Below are positions 20,452 through 29,919 of a stretch of 64,000 nt of DNA, one piece after another. Within the stretch, counting starts at the first letter, position 1; every line of letters begins with the position of its first letter. The DNA is from Escherichia phage T4_ev151. Made by a program: the position numbers and the translations under genes. The DNA lies in sequence record LR597660; one strand, written 5' to 3'. The notes beneath the pieces were generated by a model. The model had not been told where the DNA came from and searched no databases. It saw only the letters and a list, made by a program, of their open reading frames with translations.

Positions 20452-22220
20452 AAAAGCCACAAGAAATGCAAACGATGCGTAGAAAAGTTATTTCAGATAA
20501 TAAACCAACACAGGAAGCGGCTAAATCCGCTTCTAATACTTTATCTGGGCTTAATGACATTTCTACGAAATTGGATGATGCTCAAGCTGCTTCTGAATTA
20601 ATAGCTCAAACTGTCGAAGAAAAATCGAATGAAATAGTTGGAGCAATTGGTAACGTAGAAAGCGCAGTGAGTGATACTACTGCCGGTTCTGAGTTAATTG
20701 CTGAAACTGTCGAAATTGGCAACAATATTAATAAAGAAATCGGTGAATCACTCGGAAGCAAATTAGATAAATTAACAAGTTTACTAGAGCAAAAAATTCA
20801 GACAGCTGGAATTCAACAGACTGGAACTAGTTTAGCTACAGTTGAAAGCGCTATTCCTGTTAAAGTCGTTGAGGATGATACTGCTGAATCTGTGGGTCCT
20901 TTATTACCAGCTCCCGAAGCAGTTAATAATGATCCTGACGCTGATTTTTTCCCTACTCCTCAGCCAGTTGAACCCAAGCAAGAATCGCCAGAAGAAAAAC
21001 AGAAAAAAGAAGCATTTAACTTAAAATTATCTCAAGCTTTAGATAAATTAACGAAGACTGTTGATTTTGGATTTAAGAAATCCATTTCAATTACTGATAA
21101 AATATCAAGCATGCTATTTAAGTACACCGTCAGTGCTGCTATTGAAGCTGCTAAAATGACTGCAATGATATTGGCTGTTGTTGTTGGAATAGACCTGTTG
21201 ATGGTTCATTTTAAATACTGGTCAGATAAATTTTCAAAAGCCTGGGATTTATTTAATACTGACTTTACTAAATTCTCTAGCGAAACCGGAACATGGGGTC
21301 CTTTATTACAGAGCATCTTTGATTCTATTGATAAAATTAAACAACTTTGGGAAGCGGGAGATTGGGGTGGATTGACAACAGCTATCATAGAAGGACTTGG
21401 AAGTGTTCTTTTTAATTTAGGAGAGCTTATTCAATTAGGTATGGCTAAATTATCTGCAGCAATTCTTCGAGTCATTCCTGGTATGAAGGATACTGCTGAT
21501 GAAGTAGAAGGAAGAGCATTGGAAAATTTCCAAAATTCTACTGGAGCATCTCTCAATAAAGAAGACCAAGAAAAAGTTGCAAATTATCAAGATAAACGAA
21601 TGAACGGAGACCTTGGTCCGATAGCAAAAGGATTAGATAAAATTGCTAATTGGAAAACTCGTGCATCTAATTGGATTCGTGGAGTTGATAATAAAGAAGC
21701 ACTAACTACCGACGAAGAACGCGCAGCAGAAGAAGAAAAATTAAAGCAACTTTCACCTGAAGAAAGAAAAAATGCTTTAATGAAGGCTAATGAAGCCCGT
21801 GCCGCAATGATTCGCTTTGAAAAATATGCTGATTCAGCTGATATGAGTAAAGACTCAACGGTTAAATCTGTTGAATCTGCCTATGAAGACCTTAAAAAAC
21901 GGATGGATGACCCGGATTTAAACAATTCACCGGCAGTTAAAAAAGAACTTGCTGCTAGATTTTCTAAAATTGATGCTACTTATCAAGAGCTCAAGAAAAA
22001 TCAGCCTAATGCCAAACCTGAAACTTCTGCTAAATCGCCAGAAGCGAAACAGGTCCAGGTTATTGAAAAGAACAAAGCACAGCAAGCTCCTGTTCAGCAA
22101 GCATCTCCTTCAATCAATAATACTAATAATGTTATTAAGAAAAATACTGTCGTTCATAATATGACACCCGTAACGAGCACGACTGCTCCTGGTGTATTTG
22201 ATGCGACTGGAGTTAATTAA
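20448..22220 (+). CDS. 29: Baseplate hub / tail length determining protein gp29
   Basis: 590 aa, same length as T4 gp29; ATGA overlap with gp28. Confidence 0.9.
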   Translation: MKKPQEMQTMRRKVISDNKPTQEAAKSASNTLSGLNDISTKLDDAQAASELIAQTVEEKSNEIVGAIGNVESAVSDTTAGSELIAETVEIGNNINKEIGESLGSKLDKLTSLLEQKIQTAGIQQTGTSLATVESAIPVKVVEDDTAESVGPLLPAPEAVNNDPDADFFPTPQPVEPKQESPEEKQKKEAFNLKLSQALDKLTKTVDFGFKKSISITDKISSMLFKYTVSAAIEAAKMTAMILAVVVGIDLLMVHFKYWSDKFSKAWDLFNTDFTKFSSETGTWGPLLQSIFDSIDKIKQLWEAGDWGGLTTAIIEGLGSVLFNLGELIQLGMAKLSAAILRVIPGMKDTADEVEGRALENFQNSTGASLNKEDQEKVANYQDKRMNGDLGPIAKGLDKIANWKTRASNWIRGVDNKEALTTDEERAAEEEKLKQLSPEERKNALMKANEARAAMIRFEKYADSADMSKDSTVKSVESAYEDLKKRMDDPDLNNSPAVKKELAARFSKIDATYQELKKNQPNAKPETSAKSPEAKQVQVIEKNKAQQAPVQQASPSINNTNNVIKKNTVVHNMTPVTSTTAPGVFDATGVN

Positions 22221-22228
22221 GGAATAAT

Positions 22229-23323
22229 ATGGCAATTGTTAAAGAAATAACTACTGATTTAATTAAAAAGTCCGGTGAGAAAATTTCAGCCGGACAGAGC
22301 ACTAAATCAGAAGTAGTAACTAAAACATACACTGCCCAGTTTCCAACTGGGCGTGCTAGTGGTAATGACACTACAGGGGACTTCCAGGTAACAGATCTAT
22401 ATAAGAATGGATTATTATTTACTGCATACAATATGTCATCTAGGGATTCTGGAAGTCTTAGAACGATGAGATCTAACTACTCTTCTTCATCTTCGAGTAT
22501 TTTACGTACAGCCAGAAACACTATCAGTAGTACAGTATCAAAACTATCAAATGGATTAATATCAAATAATAATTCAGGAACAATAAGTAAAGCTCCTGTC
22601 GCAAACATTCTTTTACCGAGATCTAAATCTGATGTTGACACATCATCACATAGATTTAATGATGTTCAAGAAAGTCTTATCAGCAGAGGCGGAGGTACTG
22701 CTACTGGTGTGCTAAGTAATGTTGCTTCAACCGCAGTATTTGGGGCACTGGAAAGTATAACACAAGGTATAATGGCTGATAATAATGAACAGATTTATAC
22801 GACAGCCAGAAGTATGTATGGTGGTGCTGAAAATAGAACTAAAGTGTTTACATGGGATTTGACTCCACGTTCAACAGAAGATTTAATGGCTATTATTAAT
22901 ATCTATCAATATTTTAACTATTTTTCTTATGGTGAAACAGGTAAATCTCAACACACTGCTGAAATAAAGGGGTATTTAGATGATTGGTATCGTTCTACGT
23001 TAATTGAACCTTTATCTCCGGAAGACGCAGCTAAAAATAAAACACTATTTGAGAAAATGACAGCAAGTTTAACGAACGTTCTTGTAGTTTCAAACCCGAC
23101 AGTTTGGATGGTGAAAAACTTTGGTGCAACATCTAAGTTTGATGGAAAAACGGAAATATTTGGTCCATGCCAAATACAGAGCATTAGATTTGATAAAACA
23201 CCTAATGGTAACTTTAACGGATTAGCTATTGCTCCAAACCTCCCTAGTACATTTACTCTCGAGATTACTATGAGAGAAATTATCACGTTAAACCGTGCTT
23301 CTTTATATGCGGGGACTTTTTAA
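22229..23323 (+). CDS. 48: Baseplate tail tube cap gp48
   Basis: 364 aa, same length as T4 gp48. Confidence 0.9.
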   Translation: MAIVKEITTDLIKKSGEKISAGQSTKSEVVTKTYTAQFPTGRASGNDTTGDFQVTDLYKNGLLFTAYNMSSRDSGSLRTMRSNYSSSSSSILRTARNTISSTVSKLSNGLISNNNSGTISKAPVANILLPRSKSDVDTSSHRFNDVQESLISRGGGTATGVLSNVASTAVFGALESITQGIMADNNEQIYTTARSMYGGAENRTKVFTWDLTPRSTEDLMAIINIYQYFNYFSYGETGKSQHTAEIKGYLDDWYRSTLIEPLSPEDAAKNKTLFEKMTASLTNVLVVSNPTVWMVKNFGATSKFDGKTEIFGPCQIQSIRFDKTPNGNFNGLAIAPNLPSTFTLEITMREIITLNRASLYAGTF

Positions 23324-24288
23324 TGTATTCTTTAGAGGAATTTAATAATCAAGCAATAAACGCAGATTTCCAACGTAATAATATGTTTAGCTGCGTTTTT
23401 GCAACAACTCCATCAACTAAAAGCTCTTCGTTGATAAGTTCAATTAGCAACTTTTCTTATAATAACTTGGGCCTAAATTCAGATTGGTTAGGATTAACTC
23501 AAGGCGATATTAATCAGGGAATTACCACGCTAATTACAGCTGGCACACAAAAACTGATAAGAAAATCAGGGGTTAGTAAATATCTTATTGGTGCCATGAG
23601 TCAACGTACAGTTCAAAGTTTATTAGGCTCATTTACAGTTGGTACATATTTAATTGACTTCTTTAACATGGCATATAACTCATCTGGATTGATGATATAC
23701 TCTGTAAAAATGCCAGAGAATAGATTATCCTATGAAACTGACTGGAACTATAATTCTCCTAATATTCGTATAACTGGGAGAGAATTAGACCCTTTGGTTA
23801 TTTCATTTAGAATGGATTCAGAAGCTTGTAACTATCGTGCAATGCAAGACTGGGTTAACTCTGTTCAAGACCCAGTAACTGGATTGCGTGCTTTGCCACA
23901 AGATGTCGAGGCAGATATTCAGGTTAATCTTCATTCTCGCAATGGATTACCTCATACTGCGGTGATGTTCACTGGATGCATTCCAGTGTCAGTGAGCGCT
24001 CCTGAGTTATCATATGATGGAGATAACCAAATAACTACATTTGATGTTACTTTTGCGTATAGAGTGATGCAGGCTGGAGCAGTTGATAGGCAAGCTGCGC
24101 TTGAATGGCTTGAATCTGCTGCTATAAATGGTATTCAAAGCGTTCTTGGAAATAGTGGAGGTGTTACTGGACTATCTAATTCGCTTTCACGACTTAGTAG
24201 ATTAGGAGGGACTGCAGGAAGCATTTCAAACATTAATACTATGACAGGGATTGTCAATTCGCAAAGTAAAATATTAGGAGCAATATAA
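23323..24288 (+). CDS. 54: Baseplate tail tube initiator gp54
   Basis: 321 aa (T4 gp54 is about 320 aa); start overlaps the gp48 stop. Confidence 0.9.
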   Translation: MYSLEEFNNQAINADFQRNNMFSCVFATTPSTKSSSLISSISNFSYNNLGLNSDWLGLTQGDINQGITTLITAGTQKLIRKSGVSKYLIGAMSQRTVQSLLGSFTVGTYLIDFFNMAYNSSGLMIYSVKMPENRLSYETDWNYNSPNIRITGRELDPLVISFRMDSEACNYRAMQDWVNSVQDPVTGLRALPQDVEADIQVNLHSRNGLPHTAVMFTGCIPVSVSAPELSYDGDNQITTFDVTFAYRVMQAGAVDRQAALEWLESAAINGIQSVLGNSGGVTGLSNSLSRLSRLGGTAGSISNINTMTGIVNSQSKILGAI

Positions 24289-24292
24289 CAAT

Positions 24293-24321
24293 GGGGACCT
24301 TTCGGTCCCCATATTTTTATT
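24293..24321 (+). terminator. Rho-independent terminator after gene 54
   Basis: GGGGACC-TTTC-GGTCCCC hairpin (24293-24310) followed by ATATTTTTATTT. Confidence 0.8.
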
Positions 24322-24607
24322 TACGGAATGAAATGAAAGCAGAAACTGAAGCAACTAAACTGTCTTCAATATAAACTTCAATTTTTACCGGAGCTTCTGA
24401 CTCAAATTTACCTGTTACTACACCCTGAAAAATACTTTCAGTTTGTTCTGGCTTTGAAAAATTTTCAGAAGGAAAAATTCCGAACTTTTTATCTGTTCCA
24501 AAAATTTTAATAAATTCATCGTAAACTGCTTCATTAAAAGCATTATCAGCAGGAATAACGCCTTCAACTACAAGTTCTTGACCCAAAAAGCGCAAAGAAG
24601 ATTTCAT
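24317..24607 (-). CDS. Hypothetical protein, 96 aa (alt.-3 position)
   Basis: ORF with GAGGA RBS supplied by the 54-bp promoter cassette; MKSSLRFLGQELVVEGVIPADNAF... Confidence 0.6.
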   Translation of the reverse strand: MKSSLRFLGQELVVEGVIPADNAFNEAVYDEFIKIFGTDKKFGIFPSENFSKPEQTESIFQGVVTGKFESEAPVKIEVYIEDSLVASVSAFISFRK

Positions 24608-24614
24608 TTTGTGT

Positions 24615-24668
24615 TCCTCATGTTATGTCAGTAAGACTACTATAACACAACACGAGGGACTTGTAAAC
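24615..24668 (-). repeat. 54-bp exact repeat, copy A: early promoter, leader and Shine-Dalgarno cassette
   Basis: Identical to 38248-38301. Minus strand: GTTTACA (-35), 17-nt spacer, TGtTATAGT (extended -10), leader, GAGGA. Confidence 0.85.
24639..24668 (-). promoter_or_regulatory. Sigma70-type T4 early promoter inside repeat copy A
   Basis: -35 TTTACA (24667-24662), 17-nt spacer, -10 TATAGT (24644-24639) with upstream TG. Confidence 0.65.
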
Positions 24669-24843
24669 TACATTTTGAACTTTTTAGTACGCGTAATAGG
24701 CATGCGTCGATTTTATACTGTTTCATTGTTTGAAGAGCAGTATCAAAAACAGCATTAATGACACCAATTGGATTTCCACCCAAGTTTTTAAGCTTAACTA
24801 ATGATAGTTTCTCATTAACACCTATCATTACGATATGCATCAT
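24640..24843 (-). CDS. Alt N-terminal domain paralogue, distal fragment (alt.-2 position)
   Basis: 67 aa; MMHIVMIGVNEKLSLVKLKNLGGNPIGVINAVFDTALQTMKQYKIDACLLRVLKS aligns with Alt residues ~63-118. Confidence 0.55.
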   Translation of the reverse strand: MMHIVMIGVNEKLSLVKLKNLGGNPIGVINAVFDTALQTMKQYKIDACLLRVLKSSKCSLQVPRVVL

Positions 24844-25025
24844 TTTGTCGCCTGGTTTAACGTTTTATCTGTATCACCGCCAGAGGTGTATGTACAAAAT
24901 CTAAATCCAGGAAGCACGCTTTCTTCGCCGGCTTGAATAGCAAAAATTTGTGGTATTTTATGCTTAGGATTTAAGTTAACAACCGGCGCCGAAGCGCCGT
25001 CAAATAATTCTGTAATAAGTTCCAT
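24840..25025 (-). CDS. Alt N-terminal domain paralogue, proximal fragment (alt.-1 position)
   Basis: 61 aa; MELITELFDGASAPVVNLNPKHKIPQIF...CTYTSGGDT aligns with Alt residues 1-55; RBS AAGGA; stop overlaps the next ATG (ATGA). Confidence 0.6.
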   Translation of the reverse strand: MELITELFDGASAPVVNLNPKHKIPQIFAIQAGEESVLPGFRFCTYTSGGDTDKTLNQATK

Positions 25026-25028
25026 GAT

Positions 25029-27116
25029 TTATCCTTGAACGAACTTGTAAGGCATATTTGTAATATCTATGCAAGACGCAATAATTCCAAGAGATGATTC
25101 TACTTTCTGTTTAACATTTGACGAAACAAATGATGCAAAGTCAACTCTATTTTCTATATAGCCTGTCATTGTAACCAATTCACCAGTTTCCATTAAACGG
25201 TCTCCGTCATAGATTACCGATTCGGTGAGTTCTTCTGTGGTCATAACTTCAGCTTGAATGAGTTTTGTATTATTAGATGTTGTTCCGTCATTATTAGAAG
25301 CATCAGTTATTTTATTAACTTTGACCATCAATCCACGCGGTAGAATAACTTCAGCTTCAGTTGCTATTCCGAGATTTCCTGGATATACAACATTAACTTT
25401 ATGTGCGCCGTCAATAGCCCATCCTATTTGAACTTTAACGTATTCAGGATTTTCTTTATACGCTCTTATTTCGTTTGGATTAATAGTTATTCCTTCTTCA
25501 TTTTTATCAACTGTTAATTCATTGCGAGCTTCTGGTTCTAAAAGACCAATACCAGCATGTGTAATTCCAAAACGTCCAAAAATGATAGGAGTTAAAGAAG
25601 TAGATACAAAATTTCTGAAATAGAATACTTTATTTTTAACTAGTGCTTCGTATATAGGAGCAGTCATACTTTGAGCACGATAAACTGTAATGCCTTCTGG
25701 TATACGATCACCATTTTCAAAAGCATAATCTAAATTAGTTATAGCAGCTTCAATTTCTTTTTCACTCATTACTTCATAACGTTCTGGATCATAACGACCC
25801 AAAAGAAGATTATTGATGTCAGTATACCCTGAACCACAATACTCTCTAATGCCGCGCTTTTGTGATGGAGTATATTTAGAACCATCACGGGCAATAGTAA
25901 TATCAATCATTGGACCTGCACCAATTCCAGAAAAACTATAAATCATTCTTTTGAGGAATTTAGTTTTTGCTGCGTTCCAGGAATTTTTAGTCATTTCTTC
26001 CCAGACTTCATCTGGCTGCCCTTTACGAGTTTTATTATGTTTATCAAGCCAATTATCTTTATATTCTTCAAAGAGTTGATTAACAGCTGCTGCGTATTTC
26101 TCTAAACATTTTATTGAAGTAGTTGGTTCATTTTTAATTGCATTAAAAATTACTTCTTTAATTTTTTCTGAAACTTCACCGACTTGACTCATTGGAAAGA
26201 ATTTATAATCATAGTGAAGTTCATCTGCCGTTCCTTCAGCAATAATTTTTGCTGCCTTTGTTTTAGAAGCTAATGAATTAATTCCAATTTTCATTTCTTC
26301 TGCTTCGGGAATTAAAGGTGCAGTAGCTGGTTTATTAAAATTAGCTGCTGTAGATTCATACTTCTGGAATAATTCACTTTCAAATCTAGAAGATTCCAAT
26401 GATTGACTTTGCGCAATTGCTCTACGGGAAATTTTAACTTTAACGATTACAGCTTGGTCAGAACGTTTATCATTTTCTTGTGCAATAGATGCTGCAATTG
26501 CCTCATTTTTAGTTACTTGAGCTCCAGTATCTTTATTGATGTAAACATCGCCGACTTTCGATTCAACTTTAGTAAAGAGCTCGGTACTAATTTCCGGAAC
26601 TCCTGGAATGTCTTCTAGTGATACATTTTTGCGATGTATAAGAATATATGCATACTTTTTATCATAATCCCAGAGTTCCTTAAGAAGGACGTATCTGCCA
26701 CCTGAACGGCTACGGATAAGTCTATCAGCAATAACTTGAATTTGTCGAGCTTGACCAGCGGTTTTAGACTTAAGAATACGAAGCATACAAGCATCAATTT
26801 TATACTGACGCATTGTTTGCATTGCAACAGTAAAAACTGAATTGATATAATTAATTGGGCTTGGACCAAGACCTTTTAATTTAGCAATTGAACCTTTAGC
26901 AGTTAATGTAAAAGGAACAATGTGCATCATTTTATCGCCCATCTTTAAATCGCGATTAGTATCACCTCCAGATGTATAGGTACATAAACGAAAGCCTGGT
27001 TGTTCAATTGCATCATCAACATGAACTGAAAAAATTTGCGGTATTTTCTTCTTTGGATTTAAGTTTGTAATCGGAAGAGTAGTATCTTCGTCAAATAATT
27101 CTGTAATGAGTTCCAT
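25029..27116 (-). CDS. alt: Alt, virion-packaged ADP-ribosyltransferase
   Basis: 695 aa (T4 Alt is about 682 aa); MELITELFDEDTTLPITNLNPKKKIPQIF... Confidence 0.9.
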   Translation of the reverse strand: MELITELFDEDTTLPITNLNPKKKIPQIFSVHVDDAIEQPGFRLCTYTSGGDTNRDLKMGDKMMHIVPFTLTAKGSIAKLKGLGPSPINYINSVFTVAMQTMRQYKIDACMLRILKSKTAGQARQIQVIADRLIRSRSGGRYVLLKELWDYDKKYAYILIHRKNVSLEDIPGVPEISTELFTKVESKVGDVYINKDTGAQVTKNEAIAASIAQENDKRSDQAVIVKVKISRRAIAQSQSLESSRFESELFQKYESTAANFNKPATAPLIPEAEEMKIGINSLASKTKAAKIIAEGTADELHYDYKFFPMSQVGEVSEKIKEVIFNAIKNEPTTSIKCLEKYAAAVNQLFEEYKDNWLDKHNKTRKGQPDEVWEEMTKNSWNAAKTKFLKRMIYSFSGIGAGPMIDITIARDGSKYTPSQKRGIREYCGSGYTDINNLLLGRYDPERYEVMSEKEIEAAITNLDYAFENGDRIPEGITVYRAQSMTAPIYEALVKNKVFYFRNFVSTSLTPIIFGRFGITHAGIGLLEPEARNELTVDKNEEGITINPNEIRAYKENPEYVKVQIGWAIDGAHKVNVVYPGNLGIATEAEVILPRGLMVKVNKITDASNNDGTTSNNTKLIQAEVMTTEELTESVIYDGDRLMETGELVTMTGYIENRVDFASFVSSNVKQKVESSLGIIASCIDITNMPYKFVQG

Positions 27117-27139
27117 TATATCCTCTCTAGTGTTTATTC

Positions 27140-27147
27140 TATTTATA
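27140..27147 (-). promoter_or_regulatory. Late promoter box TATAAATA on the minus strand upstream of alt
   Basis: Plus TATTTATA at 27140-27147, 24 nt upstream of the alt ATG. Confidence 0.6.
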
Positions 27148-27152
27148 AAATT

Positions 27153-27170
27153 AAAGGCCCGAAGGCCTTT
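27153..27170 (-). terminator. Hairpin terminator between gene 30 region and alt
   Basis: AAAGGCC-CGAA-GGCCTTT palindrome; on the minus strand it is followed by AAUUUUAU. Confidence 0.55.
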
Positions 27171-27357
27171 AATAATCTATTGGTAAGAGAGTACGATATA
27201 TTTCAAACTTTGGACCTTTTTCATAAGCATCAAAAGTTTCTGTGAATTTATTATAAGCATATGCATCTATAAATTCAATCATGATTTGTGATACAGAAGT
27301 AGAAACATCTCCACCTTCTTTTTGAGCCACGACAATTGTTTCTAAGTAAGCTTTCAT
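27169..27357 (-). CDS. Hypothetical protein, 62 aa
   Basis: ATG overlaps the DNA ligase stop (ATGA), suggesting translational coupling. Confidence 0.5.
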   Translation of the reverse strand: MKAYLETIVVAQKEGGDVSTSVSQIMIEFIDAYAYNKFTETFDAYEKGPKFEIYRTLLPIDY

Positions 27358-28817
27358 AGACCAGTTACCTCATGAAAATCACCAAATACATCTTCGAATG
27401 TATTAGCTTTAGTTTTATCTTCACGTAAACGAATCGCAATCGGAAGAAATAATTTAACGTAATCAGTGCGGCCATCAGATTTTAACCAACCGTTGCATTC
27501 GCACTCTAGAATTTTTCCAATATAATAATTTTGGTTTTCCATAATGCGAGTACGGTCAAGTTCATGTGATTTTACACCGGCTTTATCTTTTAAGCCTGAA
27601 CCAGCATTCACCTTAATTTTTCCACACTCTGACTCAAGAATAAATCCACCTGCTTTAGTAGGGTCTTTACGGTGAGGATAAATTCCTACAATTTTTAAAT
27701 CAACATCAATTACTTCTTTAAATTTATAGAGATTTTTTGAACGAGCATTTTCCCATAATCCATCGATATTTTTGAGAATAATACCTTCAAGACCTTGGTC
27801 AATATACTTTTTATAAATTACCTTAGCTTCATCTAGGTTATTTACTACTTGGTTTTCAATTAAAATTACTTTATCATAACCTGATGTCATTTGTTCTAAT
27901 TTAGAAAAACGGACATCATATTTCAAACGAAATGTAGGAAGACCGTATATTTCTATCAACGGTACATAATCCCAGACCTGAAACTTCATGCATTGTGCTT
28001 CTTTTTCAGAAATTGTTCCCTTTAAAGATTTATTGGCGATGCCATTAGAAGCAGTACGTGATTCAGCTACTTCGGCGAATTCTTTAGCTTTACTATTTTC
28101 AGGATAAGCATCAAAAAGAAAATCTAGGCCTTCTGGCTCCTTTTTAACTTGCTCATGGTATACCAATTCGCCATCAATTAACACACCTTCTGGATGAATC
28201 TGGCGGGCTTCAGCGGTCATTTTGATTAACTCTTCCTTAAGAAGATCTAATCCTAGGTATTCATTACCAGCTCGTGATAAAAGACGAACATCATCTAATT
28301 CATCACCTCTGACTTCAGCAAAGCACCGAGCCCCATCAGCTTTTAACTGGGCAAAGGCTGGAAATTTGATATTCTTATTAATGCCTTTTTCATCATAAGA
28401 ACTTGCAAGCATTTGAGGTTGTTCAGGAATTAAACCTGGCCAAACTTTGTTTGCAATAGATACTGAAGCACCACATTCAAGGTCTCGCATCATCACTCGA
28501 CGCAAAACTTCAACATCATCTTTTTTACCATCGGTGATATATCCAGTTAATTCCTCAATTGCTGCATTTCCAGTCAATTTCCGAGTAGCTAACGTGAATT
28601 CAATAAAATCAAGCATATCGGTAAGAGTCAACATTCCAAAACTCTGGGTAGCAATACCAGGTTTAGGCCATTTCTTGATATAATACTGTAACCCACGAGA
28701 ATAAGTCAGACGATATACTCGTTTAAGCAATTCATTATCTTTATTCTTTTCAAGAATTGCTTGCTTCTGCTTAGTTGAACCAATAGATGCTATTTCGTTC
28801 AGAATTTTAAGAATCAT
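27354..28817 (-). CDS. 30: ATP-dependent DNA ligase gp30
   Basis: 487 aa, same length as T4 DNA ligase; adenylation lysine motif in ...FAQLKADGARCF... Confidence 0.95.
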   Translation of the reverse strand: MILKILNEIASIGSTKQKQAILEKNKDNELLKRVYRLTYSRGLQYYIKKWPKPGIATQSFGMLTLTDMLDFIEFTLATRKLTGNAAIEELTGYITDGKKDDVEVLRRVMMRDLECGASVSIANKVWPGLIPEQPQMLASSYDEKGINKNIKFPAFAQLKADGARCFAEVRGDELDDVRLLSRAGNEYLGLDLLKEELIKMTAEARQIHPEGVLIDGELVYHEQVKKEPEGLDFLFDAYPENSKAKEFAEVAESRTASNGIANKSLKGTISEKEAQCMKFQVWDYVPLIEIYGLPTFRLKYDVRFSKLEQMTSGYDKVILIENQVVNNLDEAKVIYKKYIDQGLEGIILKNIDGLWENARSKNLYKFKEVIDVDLKIVGIYPHRKDPTKAGGFILESECGKIKVNAGSGLKDKAGVKSHELDRTRIMENQNYYIGKILECECNGWLKSDGRTDYVKLFLPIAIRLREDKTKANTFEDVFGDFHEVTGL

Positions 28818-29083
28818 TGTTCATCCTTTAGAGTTTGGTTTACAGCTCTATTATAAATCAATTCATCATTAAGCTCAGTCAAAGACCTGTGGTACGTTGT
28901 TCTAACTTTATTTCCTTGCATCCAGTGCTTGACGTAAATGAAACCTTGCTCTACACATTTTTTAAAAATTCGTTCGTCTTTTTGAGCTCGGAATTCTGGA
29001 TTGCATCTAAAAAATTGATTTACGTGACCGTAATCACGTGTAGTATTACCTTCATTTTCATAAATAGTGTGAACAACAAACAT
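28814..29083 (-). CDS. Hypothetical protein, 89 aa (30.1 position)
   Basis: ORF coupled to its neighbours on both sides (TAATG upstream, ATGA with gene 30). Confidence 0.6.
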   Translation of the reverse strand: MFVVHTIYENEGNTTRDYGHVNQFFRCNPEFRAQKDERIFKKCVEQGFIYVKHWMQGNKVRTTYHRSLTELNDELIYNRAVNQTLKDEQ

Positions 29084-29919
29084 TAGAATGCTCCTTGGAA
29101 AATATTATCACCACTAGTAGGTCTATTATACAAATACTCTATGCCACCGGGTTTAATATAATTCCATGTCTGAAACGGATGCGTCTGATATGGATGATAT
29201 GGATTATAAGGATTAAATCCAGGAGTTCTCCAGGTAGTGTTCCAAGGAAAAGAATCGTTTTTAATCATCTTCTCGATTGCATCTTTTATAGCTTTTTCAC
29301 TATCAAAACTTTCTTTATTTTCCTTCGGTGAAAAAAGCTTATTTTCTACATCATTCCATGTATAAACTCGCTGTGCAGTTTTTGGAATACTGTCACGCTC
29401 CCCTCGAGCCATCCAATAAACAGGAACATTTAATATTTCACTCGCGTGATCGCAGTGGTGAGCGAGATCGTCAATATAACAAATTACGTTATATTTTTCT
29501 TTTGCCTTTTTGAACAGCTCTTCTTTTGAAGAATCATGACCACACATCATTACTTCTGAGAAGGCACCAGGAAAAAGAGCATTCAAATTAAATTGACGAT
29601 TCAGCAGAGCGTCAATAGAATCACCCAATGCTGTAACAGCTACAAAATTATAATCTTCTTTTAATTTGTTAATTACACACAGAGCATCTTTATATGGAGA
29701 CAAGTAACGAATAAAATCTGAACGATTGTATTTTTCAATTAACTTGACGCCAAGTTCTTCATCACAATTAAAGAGTTTACCAGGAGAAATAAATTTCTCA
29801 TCTTGGATCATTTTTAAAATATGTTCTAACGGAAGATTATATTTCTGAGCAAAATAAGGAAGACCTGATTGCCAGCTTAAACATACTCCATCAATATCAG
29901 TTAAAATAGTAGGCTTCAT
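29083..29919 (-). CDS. HAD-superfamily hydrolase-like protein with Pro/Tyr-rich C-terminal tail (30.2 position)
   Basis: 278 aa; N-terminal DIDGV motif (HAD motif I) and downstream YIDDL; C-terminus has NPYNPYHPYQTHPFQTW repeats. Confidence 0.65.
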   Translation of the reverse strand: MKPTILTDIDGVCLSWQSGLPYFAQKYNLPLEHILKMIQDEKFISPGKLFNCDEELGVKLIEKYNRSDFIRYLSPYKDALCVINKLKEDYNFVAVTALGDSIDALLNRQFNLNALFPGAFSEVMMCGHDSSKEELFKKAKEKYNVICYIDDLAHHCDHASEILNVPVYWMARGERDSIPKTAQRVYTWNDVENKLFSPKENKESFDSEKAIKDAIEKMIKNDSFPWNTTWRTPGFNPYNPYHPYQTHPFQTWNYIKPGGIEYLYNRPTSGDNIFQGAF

